64,000 nucleotides of DNA from assembly GCA_020632035.1 (NCBI GenBank), contig JACKGG010000001.1:45056-109055 (forward strand). The letters run 5' to 3'. Both the position numbers and the translations under genes were made by a program. Source of the stretch: Candidatus Nomurabacteria bacterium (lineage in GTDB: Bacteria > Patescibacteriota > Minisyncoccia > Phycocordibacterales > UBA918). The notes under the pieces were generated by a model, which saw only the letters and a program-made list of their open reading frames with translations, was not told the origin of the DNA and made no database searches. Of the stretch, positions 38,976 to 49,078 are shown piece after piece. The first letter of the stretch is position 1. Every line of letters starts with the position of its first letter.

Positions 38976-40919
38976 ATGTTAAAAACCCACGAAGGCGCGA
39001 TAATGATTCGCGGTAAGGGAACCGGCTTTGTTGCCCACCCTGATTTAGAAGAAGATATTGTAGTTGAGCGCGAAGCTCTTGGCTTCGCGCTTGACGGCGA
39101 TATTGTAGAAATTAGCCTGAAGAAAAAAGTTCCAGGACGACGCCAAGAAGGTGTTGTTGAGAAGGTTGTTAAGTCAGCTCATAGAGAGCTGATTGGAGTT
39201 GTTAAGGAAAAAGATGAAAACGGCCAACCTGTGAAATTCCTCCAGCCGGACAATCACCGGATCCACATCCGCCCTCTCCTACCAGAAGCAACAGCGAATG
39301 ACTTGGGGATGAAAGTTGCGGTGGAGATCACCAGCTGGAAAAACCCTCAAATAGACCCGCTAGCTAAAATTACTGAGACCCTCGGGCGAGCCGGTGACCA
39401 TGAGACAGAAATGCAGGCTATCATTCGCTCAGGCGGGTTCTCAAAAGAATTCCCTGAGTCTGTTCAACAAGCAGCTCATACACTTTATGAAACTAAGGAA
39501 AAAATCTTTGCCGATGCTTTAGCCGACCCGAAGAGAAAAGATGTCCGAGGTATTCCAACCATGACCATAGACCCAGCAGATGCTAAAGACTTCGACGATG
39601 CGCTATCGATTCAAACGCTTGAGAATGGCAATATTGAAATTGGTGTCCATATTGCCGATGTTTCTCACTATGTCCGTGAAGGTGAACCGCTCGACAGCGA
39701 AGCCGTCGAGCGCGGAACTTCTGTCTACTTAGTAGACAGGGTCATCCCGATGCTTCCGGAGGTTCTATCGAACGACCTCTGTTCCCTTCGCCCTAACGAA
39801 GACCGTCTGGCTTTTTCGGCTATTTTTGAATTAACTAAAGACGGACAAATCGAAAACTCTTGGTACGGACAAACTATCATACATTCAGACAAGCGGTACA
39901 GTTACGAGGACGCTCAAAAAACTCTAGACGAAGGGACTGGTGACTACTTTGCTGAGCTGAGCACCATGATGGAGCTTTCCCGTGTACTCCGCCGTAAGCG
40001 CTACGCCAATGGAGCCATTGCTTTTGAACAGCCAGAAGTTAAATTTGAACTCGACGAAAGAGGAGCACCTATCAGAGCCTACAAAAAGCACCGGACTGAA
40101 ACAATGCTCATGATCGAAGACTTCATGCTTCTCGCCAACCGAGAAGTGGCGGCTTTCATCAACCAAAAAGCCAAGAGTCAAAACCGAGAACTTGCCTTTG
40201 TTTACCGCATACACGATGTGCCCAATCCAGACAAGATCGAAGAACTGGCTACTTTTGTCCATGCTCTCGGATACGAATTCGAAGCTAAGAAAGGGATAGT
40301 AAACGCCAAAGATATAAATAAATTGATGAAGGAAGTAGAGGGTAAGCCAGAGGAAAACCTGATCAAGACTGCCAGTATTCGCTCAATGGCCAAGGCTATT
40401 TATTCCACAAGAAACATTGGTCACTTCGGGCTTGCTTTCAAGTATTACACCCATTTCACTTCACCGATTCGTCGTTACCCAGACTTAATGGCGCACCGAA
40501 TGCTTCGACACCACTTGGACGGAAAAAATATTGGACAAAAAGAAACTGCTATGTACGAAAAGATTTCGATTCAGTCTTCAGAACGAGAGATGGAAGCGGT
40601 TTCAGCTGAGCGGGACTCTATTAAGTTCAAGCAGGTTGAATACATGATGAACCACGTGGGAGAAATCTTCGACGGAGTTATCAACGGAGTAGCCGACTGG
40701 GGTATTTATGTCCAAGAACAAAACACTCTTGCCGACGGGATGGTAAAACTTTCCAGCATCAAGAGCGACTACTTTGAGCACGAAGCCAAAAAATATCGTA
40801 TTAAGGGCCAAAGAACTGGAAAAGTCTACCGACTGGGTGACGCGGTAAAAGTAAAGTTAGTCCGCGCCGACAAAGACGACCGACAGTTAGACTTTGAGTT
40901 GATTGACGAGAATAAATAA
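38976..40919 (+). CDS. rnr: Ribonuclease R (RNB-family 3'-5' exoribonuclease)
   Basis: Cold-shock/OB N-terminal region, RNB catalytic domain (…DPADAKDFDDALS…) and C-terminal S1 domain, 647 aa. A TATACT sequence sits 6 nt before the ATG with no Shine-Dalgarno sequence. Confidence 0.85.
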   Translation: MLKTHEGAIMIRGKGTGFVAHPDLEEDIVVEREALGFALDGDIVEISLKKKVPGRRQEGVVEKVVKSAHRELIGVVKEKDENGQPVKFLQPDNHRIHIRPLLPEATANDLGMKVAVEITSWKNPQIDPLAKITETLGRAGDHETEMQAIIRSGGFSKEFPESVQQAAHTLYETKEKIFADALADPKRKDVRGIPTMTIDPADAKDFDDALSIQTLENGNIEIGVHIADVSHYVREGEPLDSEAVERGTSVYLVDRVIPMLPEVLSNDLCSLRPNEDRLAFSAIFELTKDGQIENSWYGQTIIHSDKRYSYEDAQKTLDEGTGDYFAELSTMMELSRVLRRKRYANGAIAFEQPEVKFELDERGAPIRAYKKHRTETMLMIEDFMLLANREVAAFINQKAKSQNRELAFVYRIHDVPNPDKIEELATFVHALGYEFEAKKGIVNAKDINKLMKEVEGKPEENLIKTASIRSMAKAIYSTRNIGHFGLAFKYYTHFTSPIRRYPDLMAHRMLRHHLDGKNIGQKETAMYEKISIQSSEREMEAVSAERDSIKFKQVEYMMNHVGEIFDGVINGVADWGIYVQEQNTLADGMVKLSSIKSDYFEHEAKKYRIKGQRTGKVYRLGDAVKVKLVRADKDDRQLDFELIDENK

Positions 40920-40927
40920 ATGAAATA

Positions 40928-40958
40928 CAAAAACCGGCCCATAGGGGCCGGTTTTTGT
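40928..40958 (+). terminator. Rho-independent terminator of rnr
   Basis: AAAACCGGCCC-atag-GGGCCGGTTTT. Confidence 0.65.
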
Positions 40959-40964
40959 ACTTTT

Positions 40965-42398
40965 TCAAACAATTTCCTTCTCTTCTTCATTTAATAAGCC
41001 CATTTCCTCTAAGACGTCGGCATTCGCGTAAACTTTAGTAACATATTCTCTAGAGTGCCTTTTATATCCTCTTAATAAATCGCTTTCATTACTTTTACTA
41101 GCGTGGTCAGCCACTGCTAAGTACAGATCTTTTCCTGAAGGAATCTGTTCTCTTGAAAAGTTTTTAGCAAAATGATTAACCGCATCAGCTACTCTAGCTT
41201 CTCCAGCATTATAAGAATTAATTGTCACTGGACATAAAAAATCTTTTTGAAAATCTTCCTCAGTATTAAACTTCTCTCTAAAAATATTCAAAGTGTCTTC
41301 ACCAATCAAATCTTGGACTTTGGTGTACATACCAGACATCAAATTGCCGGCCACTTCTAATTGTTTTGACAAAGACATCGATCCTTCACCGTCACCACCG
41401 TATTTATTCCAAGTGCCTGGTATGATCTGCATAACCCCAATAGCAACCGCTTCACTCTTTACTCCAGCGTTGAATTTAGACTCTTGCGCACATAACCCTG
41501 GTAACAATCTCTTGAATTCATTTTGTACACAATCAGGAACATCATCACGAAATTTAACTAACTCTTTTACATACTGTGCTCGATTATACTGCTCTGCCCC
41601 GATAACTTTTTTCTTAGCAAAATGTGCGACAATGTCTGCCCTTGTAACAATTTTTCCACTCTTTATATCTTCCACTAATTCAGGTTCGTCCTCTTCTTTT
41701 AAGGCCGCTTCAAAATCAGTAACATTATGCAATGTACTTGTAATCTTTTGATTTGGATATTTTTCTTGTACTTTTTCTCTAACATAGTCGAGCCATTCAC
41801 CGGCAATACCGCCTTCAGGAATACCAACAAGGTTCATCCTGCCCGGAGTAAGAAGATAATCGCCGGCACCATCCCTCCTAACTAAACTTCTATCCACCAC
41901 AAAATCTTCAAACCTTACCGGTTCTCCAACTGGGATATTATTCTCATCTACAAACAAAACTTCATCTTTTCTAAGATTCATTAGCGCCTTATACCCGAGC
42001 ATTTCTGCTTCAAATCTTTCACTGCTTCCTGGTATACTTTCGACTTTTTCATTTTCTGATTCTTTAAAATCGTCATCCTCAAGGCCATAGTCAAGCAATA
42101 TATTTTTCAGACCTTCATTAATTAAAGTTCCACCTACTGTGATACCAGCCACACCCAAAGCTCCCTTTATAAGAAAACTTCTCCTTGATAAATCAACCGG
42201 GACAGTTAGGTCTTTTTTTTTTAGTACAACTGTAGTATCCGGATTCCTTTTTATGACACCTTTTAAAGCTTCCCTAATGGCAAGCTTTACATCTGGAGTA
42301 GGTTCTTGAAAGTCATAGTCAACTGGATCAATCCCTCTTTCTCTAATTACCTTTTCGTTTGATTTGTTTGGGATTCTTTCACTCATTACCCATATCAT
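40965..42398 (-). CDS. Lytic transglycosylase (SLT domain) protein
   Basis: The C-terminal half has the SLT family motif AQESKFNAGVKSEAVAIGVMQIIPGTW. The N-terminal region contains an SRRSFLIKGALGVAG twin-arginine-like segment. Confidence 0.6.
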   Translation of the reverse strand: MIWVMSERIPNKSNEKVIRERGIDPVDYDFQEPTPDVKLAIREALKGVIKRNPDTTVVLKKKDLTVPVDLSRRSFLIKGALGVAGITVGGTLINEGLKNILLDYGLEDDDFKESENEKVESIPGSSERFEAEMLGYKALMNLRKDEVLFVDENNIPVGEPVRFEDFVVDRSLVRRDGAGDYLLTPGRMNLVGIPEGGIAGEWLDYVREKVQEKYPNQKITSTLHNVTDFEAALKEEDEPELVEDIKSGKIVTRADIVAHFAKKKVIGAEQYNRAQYVKELVKFRDDVPDCVQNEFKRLLPGLCAQESKFNAGVKSEAVAIGVMQIIPGTWNKYGGDGEGSMSLSKQLEVAGNLMSGMYTKVQDLIGEDTLNIFREKFNTEEDFQKDFLCPVTINSYNAGEARVADAVNHFAKNFSREQIPSGKDLYLAVADHASKSNESDLLRGYKRHSREYVTKVYANADVLEEMGLLNEEEKEIV

Positions 42399-42450
42399 AA
42401 CAAAAACAGCGGACCGTGGTTAGGTCGCGCTGGGATAAGTCGGCTTAAAG

Positions 42451-42663
42451 TCAATCAAGCAGAGACCTTGAGTATACAACCATTTCGGTTTGAGGCTTTG
42501 AATCATCTTTCGTCTCTTGCAGATTATTGCTATCTTTTGGTTTTTGTCTCTCTTTTATTTTGAAACCTTTATGGCAAGAAAGTGTTTCACCACTCCAATC
42601 ATCATTAACTAAATCAATCATAATGACTCCACGATACTCATGTAGTTTATATAAATGTACCAC
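42451..42663 (-). CDS. Small hypothetical protein
   Basis: 70-aa ORF between SMC and the transglycosylase, with no recognisable features. Confidence 0.25.
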   Translation of the reverse strand: MVHLYKLHEYRGVIMIDLVNDDWSGETLSCHKGFKIKERQKPKDSNNLQETKDDSKPQTEMVVYSRSLLD

Positions 42664-42696
42664 CTAGAAAATTAAACTTTGTAAAAATTAAAAAAG

Positions 42697-44940
42697 TTAC
42701 TTCGCGACTGCAGCGGCTTCTTCGAACTTCACTGAGAGTGTCTTCGACACTCCATCACTTCCCATTGTGATCCCGTACAAAACTCCAGCTCTGCTCATAG
42801 TTTCTCGATTGTGAGTAATCAGTACTAGTTGGGACTTCTTGGCCAACGCTTCGATCATGTCTCCGTAGCGGCGACTGTTGGCTTCGTCTAGGGCGGCGTC
42901 GGTTTCGTCGAGGATGATAAAAGGCGGAGGGTTAACCTGGCTCATAGCAAAAATAAGCGCAATTGAAGTCAGGGCTCGCTCTCCCCCAGAAAGCATTTCC
43001 AACCCCTTCACTCGCTTATTAGGTAAAGCAATATTCAGCTCAACTCCCTCTTGTATAACTTTTTCTTCATCTTCCTCCTCTTCATCGTCACGTTGCTTAA
43101 TTTTTACTTTTTCTAAAGAAGCAGAACCACCGCCAAACATAAGAGTGAAGAAAGTATGAAACTCTTTGGTAATCTTATCTAAGCCACTAGAGAATTGCTC
43201 ATGGAGTTTGGCTTGCATGTCTACTATAAGCTCCTTAAGATTCTCAACCGACGACTCTAAGTCAGCCAACTCTCGAGCCAAGAACTCATCTCGCTCTTTG
43301 GCGTCGTTATACTCCTTCAGCAAATCTTCCGTTGCACCAACCCCTAGTTCTTCTAATCTGATTTTTAGTTTTTCTAATTCAAACTGTCGGGTTCGCTGAG
43401 TACTCCTGTCTTCGCCCACAATCACCTCCTCAGACACGACCTGCCCCGATTCGTCTTTTACTTCGTATGAAAAATAATCAGACGCCGCTCTTCCGAGCAG
43501 AGTAACTGCTTCTTGTAGTTGTTGTTTAAAGTCATTTCGATCTCTATTTAAGGCTTCTAGTTCTCGATCGATGGTAGAGATTTTACCTTCGAGCTCGCGC
43601 CTTTCGTTCATGAGCGCAAACATGTCTCGTTCTGCTTCGCGATTCTTTTCGGTATCTTCTGATCTGGCTGCTTGAATAGCTTCAAATACTTCTCTGGCTT
43701 TGTTTTCTTTTTCCAAAGCCTCTGCTACCACTTTTTCGGTGGCTTTAAGACTTTTTTGCAAAGCTTCCAATTCTTCTTTATCAGCTGCAGACGTGTCCAC
43801 CACTTCCCCCTTTTCGTGTTTTAAAAATGTTCGTAGTCTGTCTACCAGGTCGGTCAGAGCATGTTTGAAAGCTGATGCACTCCCCTCACTTAAAGCCTGC
43901 TCAACTTTAGACTCTATGTCTGAGACCAACTCTTCTACCTGTACTCTTGGTATAAATGCTGTTTGTTCAACTTCTGCTTTAGGCGGGTTAGCTAGTCGAC
44001 GCTCTAGAAAAGACACCTGGCCTTCTAAGCTACTCTGTTCCCTCTCGGCTTCTTGTCGACTCCTGGAGGCCGACACGAAGCTTTCATCGGCCTTTGTTAG
44101 CTCGTCTGACTCGGGAGCTGACTCGGAGTCTTTTAGTTTTTCTTTTACCTCAAGCAGTCGCTTTTGGATTTCTTCCAGCTTATCACTTGGTTCAAGACGG
44201 CTTTTGGTCAGGCGGTCATGATGAAAAGCCACGTAGGTATCTTCCCGCTTCAAGTACTCGGCGTATTTTTCTTTTAATATTCCTTGTACCTCAAGCGAAC
44301 GTTCGGCTTTCTCTACTTGCTTCTTTAAGTATTTTAAATGCGGTGCTACCTCCCGGCGCAACAACTCGACCTGAGTAATATTTTCCCTTGTTTTGTCTAG
44401 CTTTCTCTCGGTTTCGTTTTTCTTTATTTGGTACACCTTCAGACCGAGAGCGTCTTCAATCATTTCTCTTCGCTCTTTGGGCCCAGCCGCTAAGACACGG
44501 TCGGCCTCACCCTGAGAAATAATGTGATGTCCAGTCGAACCTATATTGGCGTTAGCTAATAATTCATGTACGTCCTTTAGACGTACATTTGAGTCGTTTA
44601 ATTTGTATTCATTTTGTCCGTCACGGTGGACGATGCGCTCGATTTTGACTTCGTCAAAATCGAGTGCAAACGTCCGACTTTTATTATCAAACACTACTTG
44701 CACGACGGCTCTATTCCCTCGCGAGACTTTATCTGAGCCACCCCAAATCAAATCTTCCCCTCTCTTCCCGCGCATCGATTTTACTGACTGTTCACCAAGA
44801 ACAAAACGAAAAGACTCTGCGATGTTACTTTTGCCAGAACCGTTTGGACCAACGATAGCAGTAATCGGTGCAGAGAATTCTAACTCGCTTTTTTTAGCAA
44901 ACGATTTAAATCCATTGATAGAAAGTTCTTTCAGGTACAT
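42697..44940 (-). CDS. smc: SMC-family chromosome segregation ATPase (short form, 747 aa)
   Basis: SMC N-terminus MYLKELSINGFKSFAKK…GPNGSGKSNIAESFRFVLG and C-terminus LSGGERALTSIALIFAM…ILDETDAALD, with a long coiled coil between. It is much shorter than canonical ~1180-aa SMC. Confidence 0.75.
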   Translation of the reverse strand: MYLKELSINGFKSFAKKSELEFSAPITAIVGPNGSGKSNIAESFRFVLGEQSVKSMRGKRGEDLIWGGSDKVSRGNRAVVQVVFDNKSRTFALDFDEVKIERIVHRDGQNEYKLNDSNVRLKDVHELLANANIGSTGHHIISQGEADRVLAAGPKERREMIEDALGLKVYQIKKNETERKLDKTRENITQVELLRREVAPHLKYLKKQVEKAERSLEVQGILKEKYAEYLKREDTYVAFHHDRLTKSRLEPSDKLEEIQKRLLEVKEKLKDSESAPESDELTKADESFVSASRSRQEAEREQSSLEGQVSFLERRLANPPKAEVEQTAFIPRVQVEELVSDIESKVEQALSEGSASAFKHALTDLVDRLRTFLKHEKGEVVDTSAADKEELEALQKSLKATEKVVAEALEKENKAREVFEAIQAARSEDTEKNREAERDMFALMNERRELEGKISTIDRELEALNRDRNDFKQQLQEAVTLLGRAASDYFSYEVKDESGQVVSEEVIVGEDRSTQRTRQFELEKLKIRLEELGVGATEDLLKEYNDAKERDEFLARELADLESSVENLKELIVDMQAKLHEQFSSGLDKITKEFHTFFTLMFGGGSASLEKVKIKQRDDEEEEDEEKVIQEGVELNIALPNKRVKGLEMLSGGERALTSIALIFAMSQVNPPPFIILDETDAALDEANSRRYGDMIEALAKKSQLVLITHNRETMSRAGVLYGITMGSDGVSKTLSVKFEEAAAVAK

Positions 44941-44946
44941 GGTTAA

Positions 44947-45492
44947 CTATTGGCACTGTCCACCAGCACTGAAAACTGCGAAGGACTTAGTAAACTCATC
45001 TGAAGCTAAATATCCTGAGGTAATATTTACTCCTCCACAAGTCGCACTGCAACTACTCGGGCATCTGGCCATTACGTCGTTTGGGCTAACTACTTCATCT
45101 CCGCCTATACACTTAACGGCAGTTAGTTTGTACCAAGAGCCACCAACTTCTCCATCATATTCAATTAAGCAGTCGGAATTAGCAGATTTATCTTCATCGG
45201 GTAAATCAGCAATGAAGTCTGGTGTTAAATTTGACTCATATTCAGTTTGATTAACTGGATAGGCTCCATTTTGTGACTTATATAATTCGAGCGCCAACTG
45301 GGTTTCCTTTACTTCGGCCCGTAGAGCTTTGTTCCGTGCTTGGATTCTAGCGTCGCCAAAACTGGCATACAAAATAGTCGACAAAATACCAATGATGGAT
45401 ATCACAACCAAAACCTCAATGAGGGTAAATCCGTTTCGTGAGAATATTTTTTTCATACTTCTATAATAACACCAGAATTTACCTAAACTCAT
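44947..45492 (-). CDS. Type IV pilin-like protein (prepilin N-terminal methylation domain)
   Basis: GFTLIEVLVVISIIGIL class III signal peptide, and a Cys-rich C-terminal domain. Confidence 0.7.
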   Translation of the reverse strand: MSLGKFWCYYRSMKKIFSRNGFTLIEVLVVISIIGILSTILYASFGDARIQARNKALRAEVKETQLALELYKSQNGAYPVNQTEYESNLTPDFIADLPDEDKSANSDCLIEYDGEVGGSWYKLTAVKCIGGDEVVSPNDVMARCPSSCSATCGGVNITSGYLASDEFTKSFAVFSAGGQCQ

Positions 45493-45523
45493 CTGTGTTC
45501 ACATAAAAAATTTCACATTGCTA

Positions 45524-46336
45524 TTAGTTCCATCCATTACTGGGTGGCATATTACAAACGACTTTCTCGGTCATACATTCAATCTCAAGTTCATCTGTGT
45601 TTTGGTTTGAGTTGATCTCTTCTGGGCCTGCAAATCCACCCCAAACGGCATATGAGCTGCTTATGTTATCTAAATTACAGTCATTATATTGGCTAATGTT
45701 ACTTACACCAGCTCCCCTTTGACACTTTGTATCATTAATAATCACACTACATATAGAATAGCTACAATAATTTTTTTCGGCATTGGTTGTAATGAATCCT
45801 GGTACGTGTGCTGGACACAAACCATAATTTGCAATTCCTAAGTCTCCAACTTTCACATAGTTATAATTGGATCCATCCGTAACTAAATCACAAGCCGCAA
45901 AATCTGAATCAGGGGTGACAGTTTCTAGCTCTACCGAGTTTCTGGCCACTACTTTATAAACGCTTCTTGCAGTATTTGTAAGATATACATAACCGTAGTC
46001 ACCAGACCCCGCTTTTGGATCGACTGGTAGTGCCGGGATAAATTCTGGCGCAAGACCATCTATATACTCTCCACTACCATCAGGGCAGGCAAAATCTGTA
46101 CCCACTTCTCCAGACCAAGTATTTGCCCCATTACACCCCGCCGGATACCGGCCGTTTTTGTTTTTGTAGAGCTCGATAGCTGATTGTAGATTCCGTAGGT
46201 CTGCTTTACGCTTAGCATCACGAGCTTGAGCGGTGCTTTCACTAAAATTCATATACACTATACTTGAAAGTATCCCAATGATAGCAATCACCACCGCCAG
46301 CTCAATAAGAGTAAATCCTGATGACCATCTTTTCAT
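45524..46336 (-). CDS. Type IV pilin-like protein (second paralog)
   Basis: Start taken at the internal MKRWSSGFTLIELAVVIAIIGIL. The longer track ORF would overlap rnc. The C-terminal domain is Cys-rich. Confidence 0.65.
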   Translation of the reverse strand: MKRWSSGFTLIELAVVIAIIGILSSIVYMNFSESTAQARDAKRKADLRNLQSAIELYKNKNGRYPAGCNGANTWSGEVGTDFACPDGSGEYIDGLAPEFIPALPVDPKAGSGDYGYVYLTNTARSVYKVVARNSVELETVTPDSDFAACDLVTDGSNYNYVKVGDLGIANYGLCPAHVPGFITTNAEKNYCSYSICSVIINDTKCQRGAGVSNISQYNDCNLDNISSSYAVWGGFAGPEEINSNQNTDELEIECMTEKVVCNMPPSNGWN

Positions 46337-46367
46337 ATAGTCAATTGTATCACGTGTATTTAGTATA

Positions 46368-47084
46368 CTAGTCAGTTTCCCAACCCTTGGCTTCAATGGC
46401 GTGAATGGCCGCTTCTTGCTCAGCTTCTTGTTTTGAGCGTCCGTTACCTTTGGCAATCAACTCTTTTTTTAGATAAACTCCAACGGTGAACACTCGATCA
46501 TGGTCAGGACCTTCTTGAGAGAGGGTTTCGTAAGTCGGAGTAACAGAAACATGCTCTTGTGATAATTCCTGAAAACGACTCTTGGCATCTTGCCACAGGC
46601 GCTTTTTCACAATTTCTTCGGTCTTAGGAAACAGTCGGTCTGCAATAAAATCTTTGGCGGATTCATAACCTTGGTCTATATAGATGGCTCCAATGCAAGC
46701 TTCAAAGGCATTAGCCAGGATATACTGCCGGGCTCGCCCGGTGTCTTTTGCTTCTCCCTTAGACATCAGTAGGTAAGAGTTAACCCCCAGTTGCTCAGAG
46801 GCGGCACTTAGCGAAACAGTATTAACTAAAGCCGCTCGAACAGCCGTTAGCTCCCCTTCTGGCTTTTCTGGATACTTATTGAACAGATAGTCGGTGACGA
46901 CCAGCTCAAGAACAGCATCCCCCAAGAATTCCAGGCGTTCATTGTGGTCCCAGGTGGCTTCTCGGTGTTCATTTAAATAAGATCGATGAGTAATAGCCGA
47001 CAACAATACTGTTGTGTCTGTGAAGGCTACTTTTAATAAGTTCTGTAGTTTTGTAAGGCTTGTTTGAATATCTCGTTCCTCCAT
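46368..47084 (-). CDS. rnc: Ribonuclease III
   Basis: ERLEFLGDAVLELVVTDYLF signature and a C-terminal dsRBD. Confidence 0.9.
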   Translation of the reverse strand: MEERDIQTSLTKLQNLLKVAFTDTTVLLSAITHRSYLNEHREATWDHNERLEFLGDAVLELVVTDYLFNKYPEKPEGELTAVRAALVNTVSLSAASEQLGVNSYLLMSKGEAKDTGRARQYILANAFEACIGAIYIDQGYESAKDFIADRLFPKTEEIVKKRLWQDAKSRFQELSQEHVSVTPTYETLSQEGPDHDRVFTVGVYLKKELIAKGNGRSKQEAEQEAAIHAIEAKGWETD

Positions 47085-47116
47085 AACGGGCTAGATTTAA
47101 TTTAAAAACACTACCA

Positions 47117-48019
47117 CTATTTGCCTGACCTGCCAACCAGTACAGTTATTGCTTTAGTTACAATTGGTAATATGTCTTCGTAGAAGTTTAGTTCAAGGAT
47201 GCTTGACACCTTAAACCACTTGGCGTCGTCTAGACCACCTTTCTTCAGTAGTTCGATTTCTTGGTAAGGAGCTTTGGCTAAGTAATAGTGGACTTGTTTA
47301 CGGACCTTGCCTACCTCTGGCTGAGAAGCTACGTATTCGTTATTACCAAGTTCTGCTTCAATGGTAACCGGCAAACCGACTTCTTCGAGCAAAGCCCTGA
47401 TGGCTCCATCTTGGGGAGACTCCTCTTCTTTAACTTTACTCTTGGATAGAGTCCAGTGGCCGAAAATATCGTGCACTAAAGCAAGGAACATCTGCCCCTC
47501 ATGTTCAGCATATACGACTGCTCCAGCTAAACGCTCAATTGGCATTTGGTCGAAAGGTACATCTTTTTTGCGTTTCTTACTCTGCTCGTCTTTTCCTGGT
47601 TCGCCGATCTCTTTGTAGACTGCACCCAATACTCCGTTTACAAATCGACTACTATTATCGCCTCCGAATTGCTTAGCCAGCTCAATTGCTTCATTAATAG
47701 CTACCTTAGCTGGTACTTCAGCCCGATCTGCAAACAAAAGCTCAAATAAGCCTAGTCTGAGTATGTTTCGGTCAACTGGAGAGATGCGGTCAATCGGCCA
47801 CTCGGGGGCAGCTTTTTCGATCACTAGATCGAGTTCTGGTTTTTTGACCATGACTCCATCTAATAGTTTTTCCATAAACGGCAAGTCGGTCTTGTTGGGA
47901 GCAAACTCCGCCACATTCCTTTCTAACACTTCATGCACTGCTTTTCTTTCAAGCGCGTTCAAATCCCACTCAAAGAGTGACTGAAGAACAATACTGCGTG
48001 ATAAATGTCGATTTGCCAT
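47117..48019 (-). CDS. nusB: NusB transcription antitermination factor fused to a C-terminal NUDIX-fold domain
   Basis: N-terminal ~145 aa is NusB-like (…RFVNGVLGAVYKE). A basic linker follows, then FGHWTLSKSKVKEEESPQDGAIRALLEEVGL. This aligns with the Nudix box (GxWxLPGG…RExxEExG), but GG is replaced by KS and RE by RA. Confidence 0.75.
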   Translation of the reverse strand: MANRHLSRSIVLQSLFEWDLNALERKAVHEVLERNVAEFAPNKTDLPFMEKLLDGVMVKKPELDLVIEKAAPEWPIDRISPVDRNILRLGLFELLFADRAEVPAKVAINEAIELAKQFGGDNSSRFVNGVLGAVYKEIGEPGKDEQSKKRKKDVPFDQMPIERLAGAVVYAEHEGQMFLALVHDIFGHWTLSKSKVKEEESPQDGAIRALLEEVGLPVTIEAELGNNEYVASQPEVGKVRKQVHYYLAKAPYQEIELLKKGGLDDAKWFKVSSILELNFYEDILPIVTKAITVLVGRSGK

Positions 48020-48155
48020 ACTGATGTACTTACAAATAGTTCAATACTTAACACAACCTTATAAACTAAACTGTTGTTTCGTCGACTTTGGTTCAACGAT
48101 AAGTATACGAACTATTCTTCTTTTACTGCCTTAAGTGTACCACTGAAAAATTTTG

Positions 48156-48196
48156 CAATGGGTACAAATCCACAAAGTCCCCTTCGGGGACTTTGT
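48156..48196 (-). terminator. Rho-independent terminator downstream of rpmF
   Basis: AAATCCACAAAGTCCCC-ttcg-GGGGACTTTGTGGATTT, a 17-bp perfect stem. Confidence 0.7.
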
Positions 48197-48204
48197 GGAT
48201 TTTA

Positions 48205-48546
48205 TTATTTAGCTTCTTTTTTCTTCTTCTCTTCTTTCACTTCAACCTTTTCGACTTTCTCTTCCACTTTCTCAGCTTCTACTGGAGCAAGATCAGTTTG
48301 TCCATAATCTCCAGTCTGGGCTTGTATCGCTTCTTTCTTAGCTTGTAGTCGCTCTTCTCGAGCTTTCTTCTTAGCCGACATATCCACTACCATTCGGCCT
48401 TTGTAAAAGCCACAATCCAAACACATGTGGTGTGGACGGTGCTTTGCGCCACAGTTGCTGCATACAGCCAAAGTAGGCGCTTTTAGCGCATGATGTGAAC
48501 GACGGTTTGCGGTGTGTGCCCGCGTGTGACGCATTCGAATTACCAT
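48205..48546 (-). CDS. rpmF: 50S ribosomal protein L32 with a K/E-rich C-terminal extension
   Basis: …[37 protein letters not shown] matches the L32 zinc-ribbon core. The C-terminal ~55 aa is a KEE repeat. Confidence 0.75.
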   Translation of the reverse strand: MVIRMRHTRAHTANRRSHHALKAPTLAVCSNCGAKHRPHHMCLDCGFYKGRMVVDMSAKKKAREERLQAKKEAIQAQTGDYGQTDLAPVEAEKVEEKVEKVEVKEEKKKKEAK

Positions 48547-48664
48547 AGTGGCGAAACTATAGCAGAATGGTTAAAAAAAGCAATGGTTAAGTCGTATTCA
48601 TGTCCAAAAAAAAGCGGCCTATCGAGCATCAACTCGACAGACCTATTTTGAACTTACGTTCCGT

Positions 48665-49015
48665 TCAGTAATGCGATAGTTCACAGTGTTTTTCGTACCA
48701 CCACTCTACAACGTGGGCGTTATGCAGGCTCAGGTCCTCTTCCTCGCTCTTACGAAAAGATTCACCTTCCCTTAATACGCACACACTAGCACTTACTTGG
48801 ACATCAACCCACTGTCTAACCTCTACCTTCCGACAATAAACTCTAGGGATTAATCCTAACTGATTAACACCTTTGTCTTCAGCAAAGAAATAGCAATTGG
48901 TACAAACACCCAATTTCGGTAAAGAACTTTTGTTCAATGAAGATTTTTTGTTGGTTTTCAGGGCACTTTTATATTCTTTTCTTCTTAGGGCCAAGGCTAA
49001 CCTGCTATTTGTCAT
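48665..49015 (-). CDS. Hypothetical protein upstream of rpmF
   Basis: 116 aa with a GGGGA ribosome-binding site 8 nt upstream. Its position matches YceD/DUF177 in other bacteria, but the sequence is not convincingly DUF177. Confidence 0.4.
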   Translation of the reverse strand: MTNSRLALALRRKEYKSALKTNKKSSLNKSSLPKLGVCTNCYFFAEDKGVNQLGLIPRVYCRKVEVRQWVDVQVSASVCVLREGESFRKSEEEDLSLHNAHVVEWWYEKHCELSHY

Positions 49016-49078
49016 TTAACTATCCCCTGTACATCCGTTTAAAAATTTGATCTCCAGCTAATACTGGAGATATATACT

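Noticed and set aside
45524-46456. Long N-terminal extension of the second pilin-like ORF overlapping rnc by 89 bp
   Set aside because: The internal Met immediately precedes the class III signal peptide (MKRWSSGFTLIEL…). That start removes the overlap.
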